DNA from: a virus
DNA: 64,000 nt
Virus record (IMG/VR): IMGVR_UViG_3300028800_000012
Span: 256 to 64,255 of that record
Direction: 5' to 3' (one strand)
This document shows positions 34,451-43,831 of this stretch, piece after piece (within the stretch, counting starts at the first letter, position 1; the number at the start of each line of letters is the position of its first letter). Below the pieces are notes generated by a model, which was not told where the DNA came from, did no database searches, and worked only from the letters and a program-made list of their open reading frames with translations. Made by a program: the position numbers and the translations under genes.

Positions 34451-35281
34451 TTGATTTTGCGCGAGAGACGAATGGGAAAAGACGAGAACGGGCTAGCAAC
34501 ATTCGGGGCAATCAGTGCCAATTCTGTGCCACCTTGGCAGCCGCCTCCGGGGCCGAATGTCCCGACGCTTGGCGCATACATCCGTGAGTTCAAAACCCTC
34601 CGCTGGTATCGCCTGCAAGGTCGGCGTGATCGGCATAAGGGATGGGTGTACTTCATCAGCGATGGCACAGCGGTCAAGGTCGGCTTTGCCCGGTCTGTGC
34701 CGCATCGCCTCAAGGCCCTACAGACCTCGCATCACGTCCCGCTCAAGGTGATCGCCCGATTCAGGGGATCGTTCGACGACGAGAATTCAGTACACCACCA
34801 CTTGCGATCGGACCGCATTCGCCGCGAATGGTTCAAGCGAACGCCCGCAATGGACGCGCTTATCGCCAGCCTGCGCATCCTCGAAAGCCCGGTTGCGTAT
34901 GGCGTGCTCTCAATCAGCGACGTGCTCGACAGACGGCGTATGGAGGAACTCATGGACGTATTGCGTAGCGACACGCGACGGAAAATCCAGCCGGTGATCA
35001 AAGCGAAGCCGGTGCCAAAGCCAAAGGCCATCAGCCGCAGGAAGGAATGCAAGGCGCTTGCCGACCAGATCGCCGCGCAGGCGAAGCCATATCTTGACGA
35101 GATGCCGGCGGAGCTGCGGCGCGTCGTAAGGCACGCCGAACTATCGGCGCGGTTCAGCATGGCGTCCAAAGCCTTCACATATCCCGGCTGCGTCCAGAAC
35201 TACGTCAAGGCCGATCTAGCGGCCTACGCGGCACAATTCCCGGCCTGGCTGGCCGGGCGCAACGCCCTACCCGCCGCTTGA
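34451..35281 (+). CDS. T5orf172 (GIY-YIG-like) domain protein
   Basis: GWVYFISDGTAVKVGFARSVPHRLKALQTSHHVPLKV...ENSVHHHLRSDRIRREWF matches the T5orf172/MUG113 pattern. The true start may be ATG 34472. Confidence 0.6.
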   Translation: MILRERRMGKDENGLATFGAISANSVPPWQPPPGPNVPTLGAYIREFKTLRWYRLQGRRDRHKGWVYFISDGTAVKVGFARSVPHRLKALQTSHHVPLKVIARFRGSFDDENSVHHHLRSDRIRREWFKRTPAMDALIASLRILESPVAYGVLSISDVLDRRRMEELMDVLRSDTRRKIQPVIKAKPVPKPKAISRRKECKALADQIAAQAKPYLDEMPAELRRVVRHAELSARFSMASKAFTYPGCVQNYVKADLAAYAAQFPAWLAGRNALPAA

Positions 35282-35491
35282 ATGACTGAACGGAGAGACG
35301 CGATGGTGCGGGTAATCGAGAGGACATATACGCTGACGCCCCGTGACGTGAACGAGGCGATCGTCGCTTGGCTCAAGGCCAAGAACCTGCCGGAACCGGA
35401 GTATGTTGGAAGTGCTGGGACAACCAAGTGGACGCGTCTCGACGACGGCAGTGTGAAGGTCGAGTGGATCGAAAAAGACGAACTTCCATAA
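35282..35491 (+). CDS. hypothetical protein (69 aa)
   Basis: Track ORF. Confidence 0.4.
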   Translation: MTERRDAMVRVIERTYTLTPRDVNEAIVAWLKAKNLPEPEYVGSAGTTKWTRLDDGSVKVEWIEKDELP

Positions 35492-35532
35492 ACAAGAGCC
35501 AGCAGCGATAAGCTTGGAGTGACTATGGGCTC

Positions 35533-35766
35533 CTATCTTGACTCGGCCACCTTGCGGCCGGCCTCGGTTAAAGACACGCGATCCGCGTCAACATCGACCA
35601 GCGGCGGTTCGAGCATCGCGAGGTCTATCAGGCGTTGGCGCATGGGTTCGCTGACGTGCCGAAGGTCATACGAACCGAGCACAGAAAGTTGACGCAGAAC
35701 GGCCCGGTGCATCCCGCGGTTTACCGACAGGCTCATTTGGTCAATGTCACTGAGCGTTTCGGCCAT
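35533..35766 (-). CDS. small winged-helix-like protein (77 aa)
   Basis: Track ORF. It is the only minus-strand gene in this plus-strand block. Confidence 0.35.
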   Translation of the reverse strand: MAETLSDIDQMSLSVNRGMHRAVLRQLSVLGSYDLRHVSEPMRQRLIDLAMLEPPLVDVDADRVSLTEAGRKVAESR

Positions 35767-35993
35767 TTCGTAAGCCGCTCATCACTTAGGTTTTGTCTTG
35801 CGGACCCATTTCGGCCCGCGATTGGATTTGGGCCGATCCTTAACGATTTGAACAAGATCGCCGCCGCGCTGAATGCGCGCGGCGTCGTGGTGCGGTGATG
35901 AACGCCAGCGTCGCCGCAATGATTGTCGCGATCCCGATCTTGATCGTCCTCGCCATGCTCGGAAATCCATTCATTCACTAGGGAGATCATCTG

Positions 35994-36203
35994 ATGAAAT
36001 TGACAGCAAAATCCGTGCCGTATTCGAGCGTCGTGGGTGGCTCTGTCGCCATTCACGACGAAAAGGGGGCGGTCGTCGCGCTGATAATGGTGTCCATTCC
36101 CGACCCGAGCCGAGACTACAAGGCGACGGCCACGCCGATCATCGAGCATATCGTGAAGGCGATGAATGCTGATCCGCTCGAACTGCCTGATCTGGAGGGC
36201 TGA
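35994..36203 (+). CDS. hypothetical protein (69 aa)
   Basis: Track ORF, with GGAG-like sequence upstream. Confidence 0.4.
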   Translation: MKLTAKSVPYSSVVGGSVAIHDEKGAVVALIMVSIPDPSRDYKATATPIIEHIVKAMNADPLELPDLEG

Positions 36204-36204
36204 C

Positions 36205-36591
36205 ATGCTCTGCAAAAAAGCCAGCAATCAATTGACACTTGGCGAACTGATCGACGCGCTGAAGCGATGCAATCAGGACGCCTCGATCAACTTCGATTTT
36301 TGCATGTTCGTCCCGGCCGGGCTTCGCAGCTATCGCGGCTACTATGAAGACCTCGCGCTTGGCTTCGAGACAGGAGATCGCGGATACGACATGCGCAAGG
36401 TCGGTTCGCTTGTCGGCCACCTTGAGGATTGCATGTATGCGCTCTTTGAAGGCTACAAGGGCGGGCACTACCGCGCCCGGCGCGATACCCCGATGTGGGT
36501 CGATAACAGCGGCGACGCCAGCGGGACCGCCATCGTCGGCGTGAAGGACTTCGGCCATTGGGTGGCGATCCAGACGGAGGCAATCGAATGA
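36205..36591 (+). CDS. hypothetical protein (128 aa)
   Basis: ATG 36205 lies just after the upstream stop, within track ORF 36166-36591. Confidence 0.45.
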   Translation: MLCKKASNQLTLGELIDALKRCNQDASINFDFCMFVPAGLRSYRGYYEDLALGFETGDRGYDMRKVGSLVGHLEDCMYALFEGYKGGHYRARRDTPMWVDNSGDASGTAIVGVKDFGHWVAIQTEAIE

Positions 36592-36863
36592 TCACGAACA
36601 AATTCAAGCAAGGCGACCGTGTGAAGCTCGTCCGCCGTCATCCGTTCCAGGGAATGTGCGGGCTGAAGGACAACATGCTTGGTGCGAAGGGCGTCGTAGA
36701 AGGACCCGATCTTCGCGAGGCTGGTGCGCAAGAGGCGTGGCTGATCGTGCGCTTCCGGCACCCGATCAGCCTTCGGCTTTTCTCGCCGACCGTTGCCGAG
36801 TGCATGCTGGATCGCGACGAAGGCGATGGACGGGTGGTTATCATCCCGGCGGGGGTGAAGTGA
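36588..36863 (+). CDS. hypothetical protein (91 aa)
   Basis: ATG 36588 overlaps the upstream stop. Confidence 0.45.
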   Translation: MITNKFKQGDRVKLVRRHPFQGMCGLKDNMLGAKGVVEGPDLREAGAQEAWLIVRFRHPISLRLFSPTVAECMLDRDEGDGRVVIIPAGVK

Positions 36864-37210
36864 TGCTCGGCTGTCCACATTGCGGCGCGCTCGGCACTTA
36901 CGATTGCGCGCCGGATTGCCCGCGACGCATCGAGCCGCCGCCCGAATGCTTCATCGTCTGGTCGTCGGCCGAAGCCAAGGAGGCCTTCGATATGATGGTG
37001 GAGGAAATGACGCTGGCTTTCTCAATCCCGCGTCCGCTTCTGAATGCGGGCGAGGCCGCCATCCGAGCGCGCCTTGAGCGCGCTGCTCAAGAGACTGAGA
37101 AGCTTCGCAAGATGCTGATCGACCACTACGGCGAGCACATCACCATCATGTTGAAGGCGGAGGCCGAAGCGGCGCATGCGGCGCTCGGTCTGCCGATTGA
37201 GAAACTGTGA
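36863..37210 (+). CDS. hypothetical protein (115 aa)
   Basis: ATG 36863 (MLGCPHCGALGTYDCAPDCP...) lies within track ORF 36656-37210. Confidence 0.45.
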   Translation: MLGCPHCGALGTYDCAPDCPRRIEPPPECFIVWSSAEAKEAFDMMVEEMTLAFSIPRPLLNAGEAAIRARLERAAQETEKLRKMLIDHYGEHITIMLKAEAEAAHAALGLPIEKL

Positions 37211-37533
37211 TGTCGTGGATCGACGAGCACTGGTGTAAGGCGCGCGAGAAAATCAGGGCACGACATGCCGCCCTGGCCGCGCGCGGACTGAATGCGTTCG
37301 GCGATCTGCTCGGTACGGACTATGGATACAAGCGCGTGACGCTGAACACCCTACAGCGCGTGCTCGCGGCCTACGGCAGCCAGCGTGACGACATTGGCGA
37401 CTCGGATTTGGACAACGAGCAGCCGATCAGCCTGAACGTCTATCTGACCTTGGGCGACATTCGGAAGGCGCGGCGAGCGGTCATGCAAGCGGGCCACCGC
37501 CCTGCCGATTTCACCACACGCCCGCGCGAGTAG
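37207..37533 (+). CDS. hypothetical protein (108 aa)
   Basis: Track ORF with a coupled start. Confidence 0.45.
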   Translation: MMSWIDEHWCKAREKIRARHAALAARGLNAFGDLLGTDYGYKRVTLNTLQRVLAAYGSQRDDIGDSDLDNEQPISLNVYLTLGDIRKARRAVMQAGHRPADFTTRPRE

Positions 37534-37545
37534 AGATACCCCGCC

Positions 37546-37767
37546 ATGTCGATCCACACTTATGTCGCCGCTCCAAGCTTGATCTACGCCCTAGTCGATG
37601 ATCGGGCAGAGTTCGACAAGATCAATCGGCCGGCAACAGATGCGGGCGAGAACGCGGAAACCGGTGGTCACGTCGTCTTCAAGAGCGTTGTTCAGGAGGG
37701 TTGTCACGTCGTGTTCCAGCACTGGATCAAGCAACCGAAACGAGAGGCTGCGCCTCGCGCAGAATAG
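37546..37767 (+). CDS. hypothetical protein (73 aa)
   Basis: Track ORF. Confidence 0.4.
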   Translation: MSIHTYVAAPSLIYALVDDRAEFDKINRPATDAGENAETGGHVVFKSVVQEGCHVVFQHWIKQPKREAAPRAE

Positions 37768-37774
37768 GCCGCTT

Positions 37775-38272
37775 ATGCGAAAGCCCACAAAACCGCCGCC
37801 GCGCTCGTCTAGCGGGCGTGCATTCTCCTACAAGGCAATGACGCAGATCAACGTCAATGTCCCGCATGACCTGCATCCCGCGTCGAAAGAGTTGGTACAG
37901 CACTTTGCGGCGGCTATTGCCGACAAGTTGCGCCAAGCGGAGGTGAAATACGGCTACCGCGACGGTTGGAAAACTGAGCCATGGGAAATTGAGTGCCGGT
38001 CGCAACTTTACCGGCACGCCGACAAGGGCGATCCTTGCGACGTGGCTATCTACGCCGCCTTTTGTTGGGCGCGTGGTTGGACAACGCGAGCGGGTGGCAT
38101 TCTCAAGCTGGTCTGGAATTTCGAGACCGAACGCTTGCGCCGCAAGATCGAAACAATCGCGACGTACCCTGACGAGGACAACGAATGGGACGGCCGCGAC
38201 AGGTTTCACGAGTGCCGAGAGATCGCACGCGAGGCACTCAAGGAGGAGGTTGGCTCTACGGAGTCAAAATAG
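37775..38272 (+). CDS. hypothetical protein (about 165 aa)
   Basis: ATG 37775 lies within track ORF 37598-38272. An alternative start is at 37838. Confidence 0.45.
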   Translation: MRKPTKPPPRSSSGRAFSYKAMTQINVNVPHDLHPASKELVQHFAAAIADKLRQAEVKYGYRDGWKTEPWEIECRSQLYRHADKGDPCDVAIYAAFCWARGWTTRAGGILKLVWNFETERLRRKIETIATYPDEDNEWDGRDRFHECREIAREALKEEVGSTESK

Positions 38273-38278
38273 GCCGCG

Positions 38279-38425
38279 ATGAAATCGCGGCATGACTTGA
38301 TGGACCGGCTGAAGGAACTGGACGACAGGATCACCGCTGTCGAACAGTGGGGCGCAGCCCTGACCGCGATGGAGGAGGAGCGCCGCAGCATCCTTCGCGC
38401 GCTCAACGAGCCAGAGGAGAATTAG
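38279..38425 (+). CDS. small coiled-coil protein (48 aa)
   Basis: MKSRHDLMDRLKELDDRITAVEQW... It is below the size cut-off of the ORF track. Confidence 0.3.
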   Translation: MKSRHDLMDRLKELDDRITAVEQWGAALTAMEEERRSILRALNEPEEN

Positions 38426-38430
38426 TCCCG

Positions 38431-38676
38431 ATGCTCGAAACTCACGACTTACACCTCGAAATCGCGGCGGCGAAGGATCGAATGGCCGAACAGCGCGGCA
38501 CAATCCGCGACCTGACAACCGCCCTCGAAAACCGGAACGGTGCTCTCGCGCAGATCGCCGATATGCCGTTCACGATGGTCAACGACGCTGACAGTCTGCG
38601 GCACATGATCAAGACCATGCAGAACATTGCAATGGTCGCACTCGATAGCGTCTGCGGCGTTGGGGGCAGCCCTTAG
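38431..38676 (+). CDS. hypothetical protein (81 aa)
   Basis: ATG 38431 lies within track ORF 38347-38676. It is the last plus-strand gene and converges with the late operon. Confidence 0.4.
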   Translation: MLETHDLHLEIAAAKDRMAEQRGTIRDLTTALENRNGALAQIADMPFTMVNDADSLRHMIKTMQNIAMVALDSVCGVGGSP

Positions 38677-38679
38677 GTA

Positions 38680-39039
38680 CTATCTCCTTCCCGACCCCCG
38701 CTGGTTTCTTTTCCGTTTTTTCTTCGTGGGGAGTGATTTTATAAGCCAATCTATGAATTCGGGATTGTCGCGTATAAAGCTCGCGAGCTGTATGGAGAGA
38801 AGCGTGACAAGACGCTCCTCCTCCTTTTCGTCAGTGCTATAGCCGCTGACGTATAGCAGGCCATGTAGGCATTCGTGCAGGGCGCATTCTGCTGCCTGAT
38901 TTCTATTGGCCCACCTGTCTCTAAAACGAATTGCGTGATTATCGTAATCGCACTCGCCCCAGTCTTCTGAGTCGGGCGCGATTTCTTCTATTTTGAAATC
39001 ATACGGGCCGATGCGGAGAGAGCGGACGGGGAGCGTCAT
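38680..39039 (-). CDS. HExxH zinc-metalloprotease-like protein
   Basis: 119 aa. ALHECLHGL contains HExxH. It has a Lys/Arg-rich tail. Confidence 0.5.
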   Translation of the reverse strand: MTLPVRSLRIGPYDFKIEEIAPDSEDWGECDYDNHAIRFRDRWANRNQAAECALHECLHGLLYVSGYSTDEKEEERLVTLLSIQLASFIRDNPEFIDWLIKSLPTKKKRKRNQRGSGRR

Positions 39040-39054
39040 TTACAAATCACCCAG

Positions 39055-40386
39055 TCACGCAGATCGAGCCCGGTATATAGCACCTTCTTTCGGTTCGCCG
39101 CATTTCAACTCTTGGAAGTCAACGATTCCCTTTTCATTGTGAACGACGATCATATTCTGCTTCGACTCTTCCGGGTCGGCCTTCAAGTCTCTGGAATATT
39201 CAGATGGGCCGACGAGAGAGCCATTGCTGAATGCGCGCGGTAATTTGGATGTCGTGTGGAAGTGGCCGACGAGAACATAATCGATGATAATGCCTTGCGC
39301 GGCATAATATGATCGCGTCTTGGCAACGCCGCGGAGGATCGTCGCAATCGGGCCGACAAACCCCTGCCCGCCCCTTGAACCGATCCTGTCTCCGTGCGCT
39401 GCGCAGAAGGTCAGACCATACACCCGAAAGATGGCATCGCCGGACTTGGGGTAGAAGAATCGAACGCCCTTTGTGCCGTCGAGCGTGACGACCATTTCGA
39501 CGACCTGCGTAATCAGGGTATCGAAGGAGTTGGATGCCATCCCCTTTGACTGCGGCTTTAACGTTAGGCGGCCATGGTTGCCTGGCAAGCTATAGATATC
39601 GATCGGCGCGATTTCGCGCAGGAGTTTGACAAGCCCGGCCAGAATCTGCGCACATTCCCGTACAGCCGGCGCAGACAGCGCATCGTTTGTCTGTGCGAGT
39701 TCCGCGTGAATCTCTCCGGTCAACATGTCGCCGCCGAATATTAAAATAATGCGCTCCGGAGGCTTCCCCTTCCAATGGGTTGTCAGGAGTTCTTTTGCGG
39801 CATTCCCGAGCCGGCCGACACGAGATCGGAATATCCCGAGGTTGTACGAGTTAAGCCCCTCCATCTCGTCAATGTCGACAACCTCTCCGCAATGCCAGTC
39901 AGACAGATGGACGATGACGGTGCGATTGCCGGGAGTGCTCTTAACGGCGGGAATATCGAGATGCGGGCGCAGTGGCGGCGATATGAGTTTAAGAACGCCA
40001 GCGCGGATATCCTGCGCTTCTATGAGGGCGTCTCGTAGGCGCTTTATTTCTGCTGCGTTGTCTCTATCGCTGCGTTTCCGCCGCTCGGCGTCGACCTGGG
40101 CGGCAATGTCGCCAATTCCTCCTACGGACGGCACCTTATAGAGCGACCAGTCCGGTTTTAATTTGAAGCGGCGCCAGAGGCTTCCTTCTTCGGCCGGCGT
40201 TCCGACGCGGGACCGGAAAGCCATTCTGTTTGCCTTACGGTCTAACGCTGCGGCAGATATCGCGGACCTTTCCGTCGTTCTTCCAGCCACGCCGGTCGGG
40301 TGTTTCCCAGACTTAAGGTGTTTTTCTACGGCCGAAATATCGCGTTCCGCCTCTCGTCGTTCAGCACTTCCATGCCGATTTGACAA
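39055..40386 (-). CDS. calcineurin-like metallophosphoesterase
   Basis: 443 aa. The motifs occur in the correct order: HLSDWH, IFGGDMLTGE, LPGNHG, LVGHFH. Confidence 0.7.
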   Translation of the reverse strand: MSNRHGSAERREAERDISAVEKHLKSGKHPTGVAGRTTERSAISAAALDRKANRMAFRSRVGTPAEEGSLWRRFKLKPDWSLYKVPSVGGIGDIAAQVDAERRKRSDRDNAAEIKRLRDALIEAQDIRAGVLKLISPPLRPHLDIPAVKSTPGNRTVIVHLSDWHCGEVVDIDEMEGLNSYNLGIFRSRVGRLGNAAKELLTTHWKGKPPERIILIFGGDMLTGEIHAELAQTNDALSAPAVRECAQILAGLVKLLREIAPIDIYSLPGNHGRLTLKPQSKGMASNSFDTLITQVVEMVVTLDGTKGVRFFYPKSGDAIFRVYGLTFCAAHGDRIGSRGGQGFVGPIATILRGVAKTRSYYAAQGIIIDYVLVGHFHTTSKLPRAFSNGSLVGPSEYSRDLKADPEESKQNMIVVHNEKGIVDFQELKCGEPKEGAIYRARSA

Positions 40387-40424
40387 GCAGTTACCTATTG
40401 CGTTGTCGCGGGAATAGATCAGTT

Positions 40425-40742
40425 CTACTGACGGACGTCAGAGCTGCGCCGGACAAGGGCCTTCACGTCGCCCTTGATCTCGGAAATGTCGCTCCGGATC
40501 GTGTCAATGAAGGCTTCGACACGGCTCATGCGGTCGGTCATCGTCGGCGGGACTAATGCTACGGCCTTGTCCTGCTCTAGCCGCTCAACTCTTGTGTTGA
40601 TCGCCGAGGCCCACCAAATCCCCGCCGCCGTCTGCGCCGCGACGGCCAAGATGATCGAAATGTTCACCCGCTTATCGAGGTGCCACTGTTTATCCTCACT
40701 CACCTCACGCGCCCCTTGCGGCAGAAGTGATTCGCGTAACAA
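40425..40742 (-). CDS. membrane / coiled-coil protein (105 aa)
   Basis: One transmembrane segment (ISIILAVAAQTAAGIWWASAI). Confidence 0.4.
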   Translation of the reverse strand: MLRESLLPQGAREVSEDKQWHLDKRVNISIILAVAAQTAAGIWWASAINTRVERLEQDKAVALVPPTMTDRMSRVEAFIDTIRSDISEIKGDVKALVRRSSDVRQ

Positions 40743-40824
40743 ACTTCATCAGCCATTTGCGGCCTCCTGTGCCGTAGACGGTCAGGGTCGGCGCGACGGC
40801 TGCAATCCGACGCGCTGGCCCGCC

Positions 40825-41112
40825 TCATTGTTTCTTGGAATAGATTCCACGAATGCGAGAATTGCATTTGTTGCCGGCGACGATGCGGGTATTAGCCTGA
40901 CCTAATGCGGCAGCATACTTGCCAGACCGCACGCCTAAATCCTCGCCGCGCACGACCGGAGGATACGGAACAGGCTCCTGGTCGCAATCAGTTGGCAGCA
41001 CGACAGCCTGCGGCAGAGTCCCCAATGATGTTGCACAGCCGCCGGTCATCATCAGGAGAGGCGCGACGACAAGCGGCAACAGTCGCCGATAGGGCCTGTA
41101 CCGAACTCTCAT
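40825..41112 (-). CDS. o-spanin-like lipoprotein (Rz1 analogue)
   Basis: Start at M31 of track ORF 40825-41202. Lipobox LLMMTGGC. It overlaps the 3' end of the i-spanin-like gene out of frame. Confidence 0.55.
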   Translation of the reverse strand: MRVRYRPYRRLLPLVVAPLLMMTGGCATSLGTLPQAVVLPTDCDQEPVPYPPVVRGEDLGVRSGKYAAALGQANTRIVAGNKCNSRIRGIYSKKQ

Positions 41113-41500
41113 AGTCGGCAATCCTTTCATCAGATTCTTTCTTCTGTTTGGCGAGCGCGGTTGCTTCGTCTGCTTTTTCTTTTGCCGCCGCTTTTTGTGC
41201 ATTCAGATCGCGGGTAAGATTCGCAATCTGCAGTTCATAATTCTTCTGCTTCCATGCGGCTTCACAGCGGGAAGCGCCGATGCTCTCGCGATACGTGCCA
41301 TAGCCGAAAGCGACCCCTCCGATCACAAGCGCGTATCCGCCGTAGCGCAGGGGGCGAAGCAGCCACGCGACCGGGTTCGCCGGTGGCAAATCGAAGAACG
41401 CCGACAGATACACACCAGCCGCTATTGCAAGCCCGGCGAATATGTAATCCGCGCCGATGCCGAGCCATTCCGCAACGGCATACGAGAGAACCCAGGACAT
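40988..41500 (-). CDS. i-spanin-like protein (Rz analogue)
   Basis: 170 aa. N-terminal transmembrane segments, then a coiled-coil (ELQIANLTRDLNAQKAAAKEKADEATALAKQKKE). Confidence 0.55.
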   Translation of the reverse strand: MSWVLSYAVAEWLGIGADYIFAGLAIAAGVYLSAFFDLPPANPVAWLLRPLRYGGYALVIGGVAFGYGTYRESIGASRCEAAWKQKNYELQIANLTRDLNAQKAAAKEKADEATALAKQKKESDERIADYESSVQALSATVAACRRASPDDDRRLCNIIGDSAAGCRAAN

Positions 41501-41509
41501 GGTGCTTGT

Positions 41510-42451
41510 CTACGATTGCCAGAGGATTTGATATTTTGCCCGAAACAATTTCAGAACGTGGCGGACGTGGTCGCGGTTGATCTTGTAGAAACTCTGCCCG
41601 CCATAGGCTTTCTGTGGTGTTTTCGATTTGAGCGAATGCGTTTCGACGTGGCCGAACCAGCGGGTCTGATCGCAGCCTGGCGAATTCGCGCACAGGCGCC
41701 GATCCTGTAACAGTCCGCCAAGCCCGCCGTTGTAGGAGGCGTCTGTGAACGCCCATCGGTCCTCTTGCGTCGCGGCCGGCGGCACCCTGCCCCACAAGGC
41801 TTTGACCATTTCGACGATGGCGGCGAGCTGGTAGCCGGGATCGTACCGGTCCTCCCACCGCCATTCGGACAGGGCGGCGTATTTACGCCGGAGGTTGTTG
41901 AACTCGTTGAACCGTTCGGAGCCGTCCGGGTTATAGGCGACGGTAATCTGCCCTAGACCGAACCCGTATTCGCGGGAGGTCTTTAATTCGGCTCTGGCAT
42001 TCCAGCATTGTCGACCCTTTGGGCAAGGACCGGTTTCCTGCTCGATCATGCCGGCGAGCGTCCACGGCTCCGGCGCATCTGCCCAGAGACTGCGCTGGCG
42101 GTCGGCGAGGATCGGGCCGTATTCTGTCGCCCGTGGCGGGAGGCGGCTTAGATCGCGTTTAGAAGGCTGTATGTTCGCTTTTTGTTCTGACCGGGGCACG
42201 GGTAGCGGGGATGCCGCCGGAGGCGGTTCCGCGGGCTTCTCTGGGGCAATTGGCGGCTGAATGGGTTCCGGCGGCGGGGTCGGGACCGGAGGCGGCTTGG
42301 TTTCCGGCGGCTCGGGCGCGACCGGTACAGGCGGGGGCTGGACGGGCGGTGCGACTGACGGTTCCGGTCGTAGGACTTGATAGGCCCACAGGGCGGCCAT
42401 CAGTAATGCAACGGCGGCAATGCCGCCGACCGCCCACCAGCGGGAGTCCAT
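41510..42451 (-). CDS. membrane-anchored lytic transglycosylase (endolysin)
   Basis: 313 aa. N-terminal anchor WWAVGGIAAVALLMAALWAY, then a Pro-rich linker of about 70 aa. SLT-like motifs MIEQETG, GFGLGQIT and SYNGG. Confidence 0.6.
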   Translation of the reverse strand: MDSRWWAVGGIAAVALLMAALWAYQVLRPEPSVAPPVQPPPVPVAPEPPETKPPPVPTPPPEPIQPPIAPEKPAEPPPAASPLPVPRSEQKANIQPSKRDLSRLPPRATEYGPILADRQRSLWADAPEPWTLAGMIEQETGPCPKGRQCWNARAELKTSREYGFGLGQITVAYNPDGSERFNEFNNLRRKYAALSEWRWEDRYDPGYQLAAIVEMVKALWGRVPPAATQEDRWAFTDASYNGGLGGLLQDRRLCANSPGCDQTRWFGHVETHSLKSKTPQKAYGGQSFYKINRDHVRHVLKLFRAKYQILWQS

Positions 42452-42774
42452 CAGGGCTTGCCAAACAGTGCAAACGACAGCGCAATCGCCGACACGACAA
42501 GCCCGATAGTCAGCACAACCAGACCGGCGCCGACGTTACCCTTTTTTGCCTCGTCGACATGCTCGGTAAGACTGATTTGCGGCAGGATGTGCCGGGAGCC
42601 GATGACGGCGAGGCCGACGAAAATCCCCGCCTGCAGCGACCAGAGGAACACTGTCTTGATCATCGGCGGGTCGATGAGAAAAACGGTGCCGGCACATAAC
42701 CCGATCAGAACCCACGCGCGCGGGTCATGGAACGGGGCGATGAATGCGCGAATGCGCGAGACGATATCTGCCAT
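42451..42774 (-). CDS. putative holin (three transmembrane segments)
   Basis: 107 aa with three hydrophobic helices. Its stop abuts the endolysin start. Confidence 0.5.
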   Translation of the reverse strand: MADIVSRIRAFIAPFHDPRAWVLIGLCAGTVFLIDPPMIKTVFLWSLQAGIFVGLAVIGSRHILPQISLTEHVDEAKKGNVGAGLVVLTIGLVVSAIALSFALFGKP

Positions 42775-42786
42775 GAGAATCCCATT

Positions 42787-42972
42787 CTACTCTTGTGAGG
42801 GCGGATCGTTTTCGACAGGCACCGGGGCGGCCCGGTAATCCCAGCCATCGCGCGCTTTGATCTCAGCAATGTGCGCCGAGATTTCCACCTCGGTACCGTC
42901 GAAATGCATGCCGGTGGGCTCATAGTCGCCAGCACTCTCCGGCGATCTCCGCTCGATCAGCACTTTAGCCAT
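42787..42972 (-). CDS. hypothetical protein (61 aa)
   Basis: Track ORF. Confidence 0.4.
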   Translation of the reverse strand: MAKVLIERRSPESAGDYEPTGMHFDGTEVEISAHIAEIKARDGWDYRAAPVPVENDPPSQE

Positions 42973-42973
42973 T

Positions 42974-43831
42974 CTACTGTTTCCAGATTTTCACGTCGGA
43001 ATAGACTTCAATATTTCCGAAACTTGATGCGGCGCCGAACCCATCGGTCACCTCGCCGACAGATGCTGCGTGCTGTATTTCAAATGCCTTGCTTGACGTT
43101 ATGGTAAACCTGGCCTCCCCGAAAGACCGCGTTTGAACGCCCGTTTGTGCGTATTCTGATGTCCCGAACGCTATATCGGTACCATCTGTGACATTTTTCA
43201 ATTTTGTTTGATGCTTGAATACAGCATTGCCTGGCGCGCTCCACTCCACATAGTACGTGCCGGCCGGCAGAGTAATCTGGTTCGACGCAAGAGACGCGCC
43301 GGAGACGGCATTGCGGACAGCGGTATTCAGCGTGCGCGTCAGCCACACGCCTGAATTAAACGTTCCTCCGTTGGTGCCGTTCGCTTTCTGGTCCTGAATG
43401 ATGATGTCGGGCGAAGTCGCTATCGCCGCAGCCGCGCCGGCCGTAACGGTTATCGCCCTGAAATTCGTCCCGTCGAACACAATCGGGTAAAGCGTTCCGA
43501 CTGCAAATTCTCCGCCTTGCAATGCAGCCCCGGCCTTGTCCTTAATGGAAACAGCGCCTACCGTATCGATATTGATGGTGACGGCCGAGGTGTTCGCATT
43601 CGTCGGCACGTAATAAAAGCCCATCGGTCGCGCATAAGCCGTGATCGCAACGACGAGTGACGTGTCGCTCGTCGCCGTGATCGCATTCCCGGAGCCAGCG
43701 ACGTTGATGAGATATCCGAACGACACCCTCCATAGCGCCTCAGCCTCGATGTCTACAGCATTGAGATAGGAATCTCCGTCCCTGGCGGCACCGTTGGCTA
43801 CGGTGGGCGTTTTGCGCTTTGCTGCTGTCAC
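42974..43831 (-). CDS. tail fibre-like protein
   Basis: 285 aa, downstream of the J-like gene. Gly/Thr/Ala/Asn-rich beta-type composition. Confidence 0.55.
   Translation of the reverse strand: MTAAKRKTPTVANGAARDGDSYLNAVDIEAEALWRVSFGYLINVAGSGNAITATSDTSLVVAITAYARPMGFYYVPTNANTSAVTINIDTVGAVSIKDKAGAALQGGEFAVGTLYPIVFDGTNFRAITVTAGAAAAIATSPDIIIQDQKANGTNGGTFNSGVWLTRTLNTAVRNAVSGASLASNQITLPAGTYYVEWSAPGNAVFKHQTKLKNVTDGTDIAFGTSEYAQTGVQTRSFGEARFTITSSKAFEIQHAASVGEVTDGFGAASSFGNIEVYSDVKIWKQ

Noticed and set aside
34383-34465. Complete tRNA-Pro gene
   Set aside because: Only the anticodon loop, T-arm, acceptor 3' strand and CCA are present. The sequence where the D-arm and 5' acceptor strand should be (…TTAGCTACCGGCATTCC) cannot pair with CACTCCG.
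35767-35993. Remnant of a serine recombinase (…ILNDLNKIAAALNARGVVVR) and a 27-aa transmembrane peptide
   Set aside because: The match is only about 20 residues of weak similarity with no catalytic region. That is too little to call a feature.
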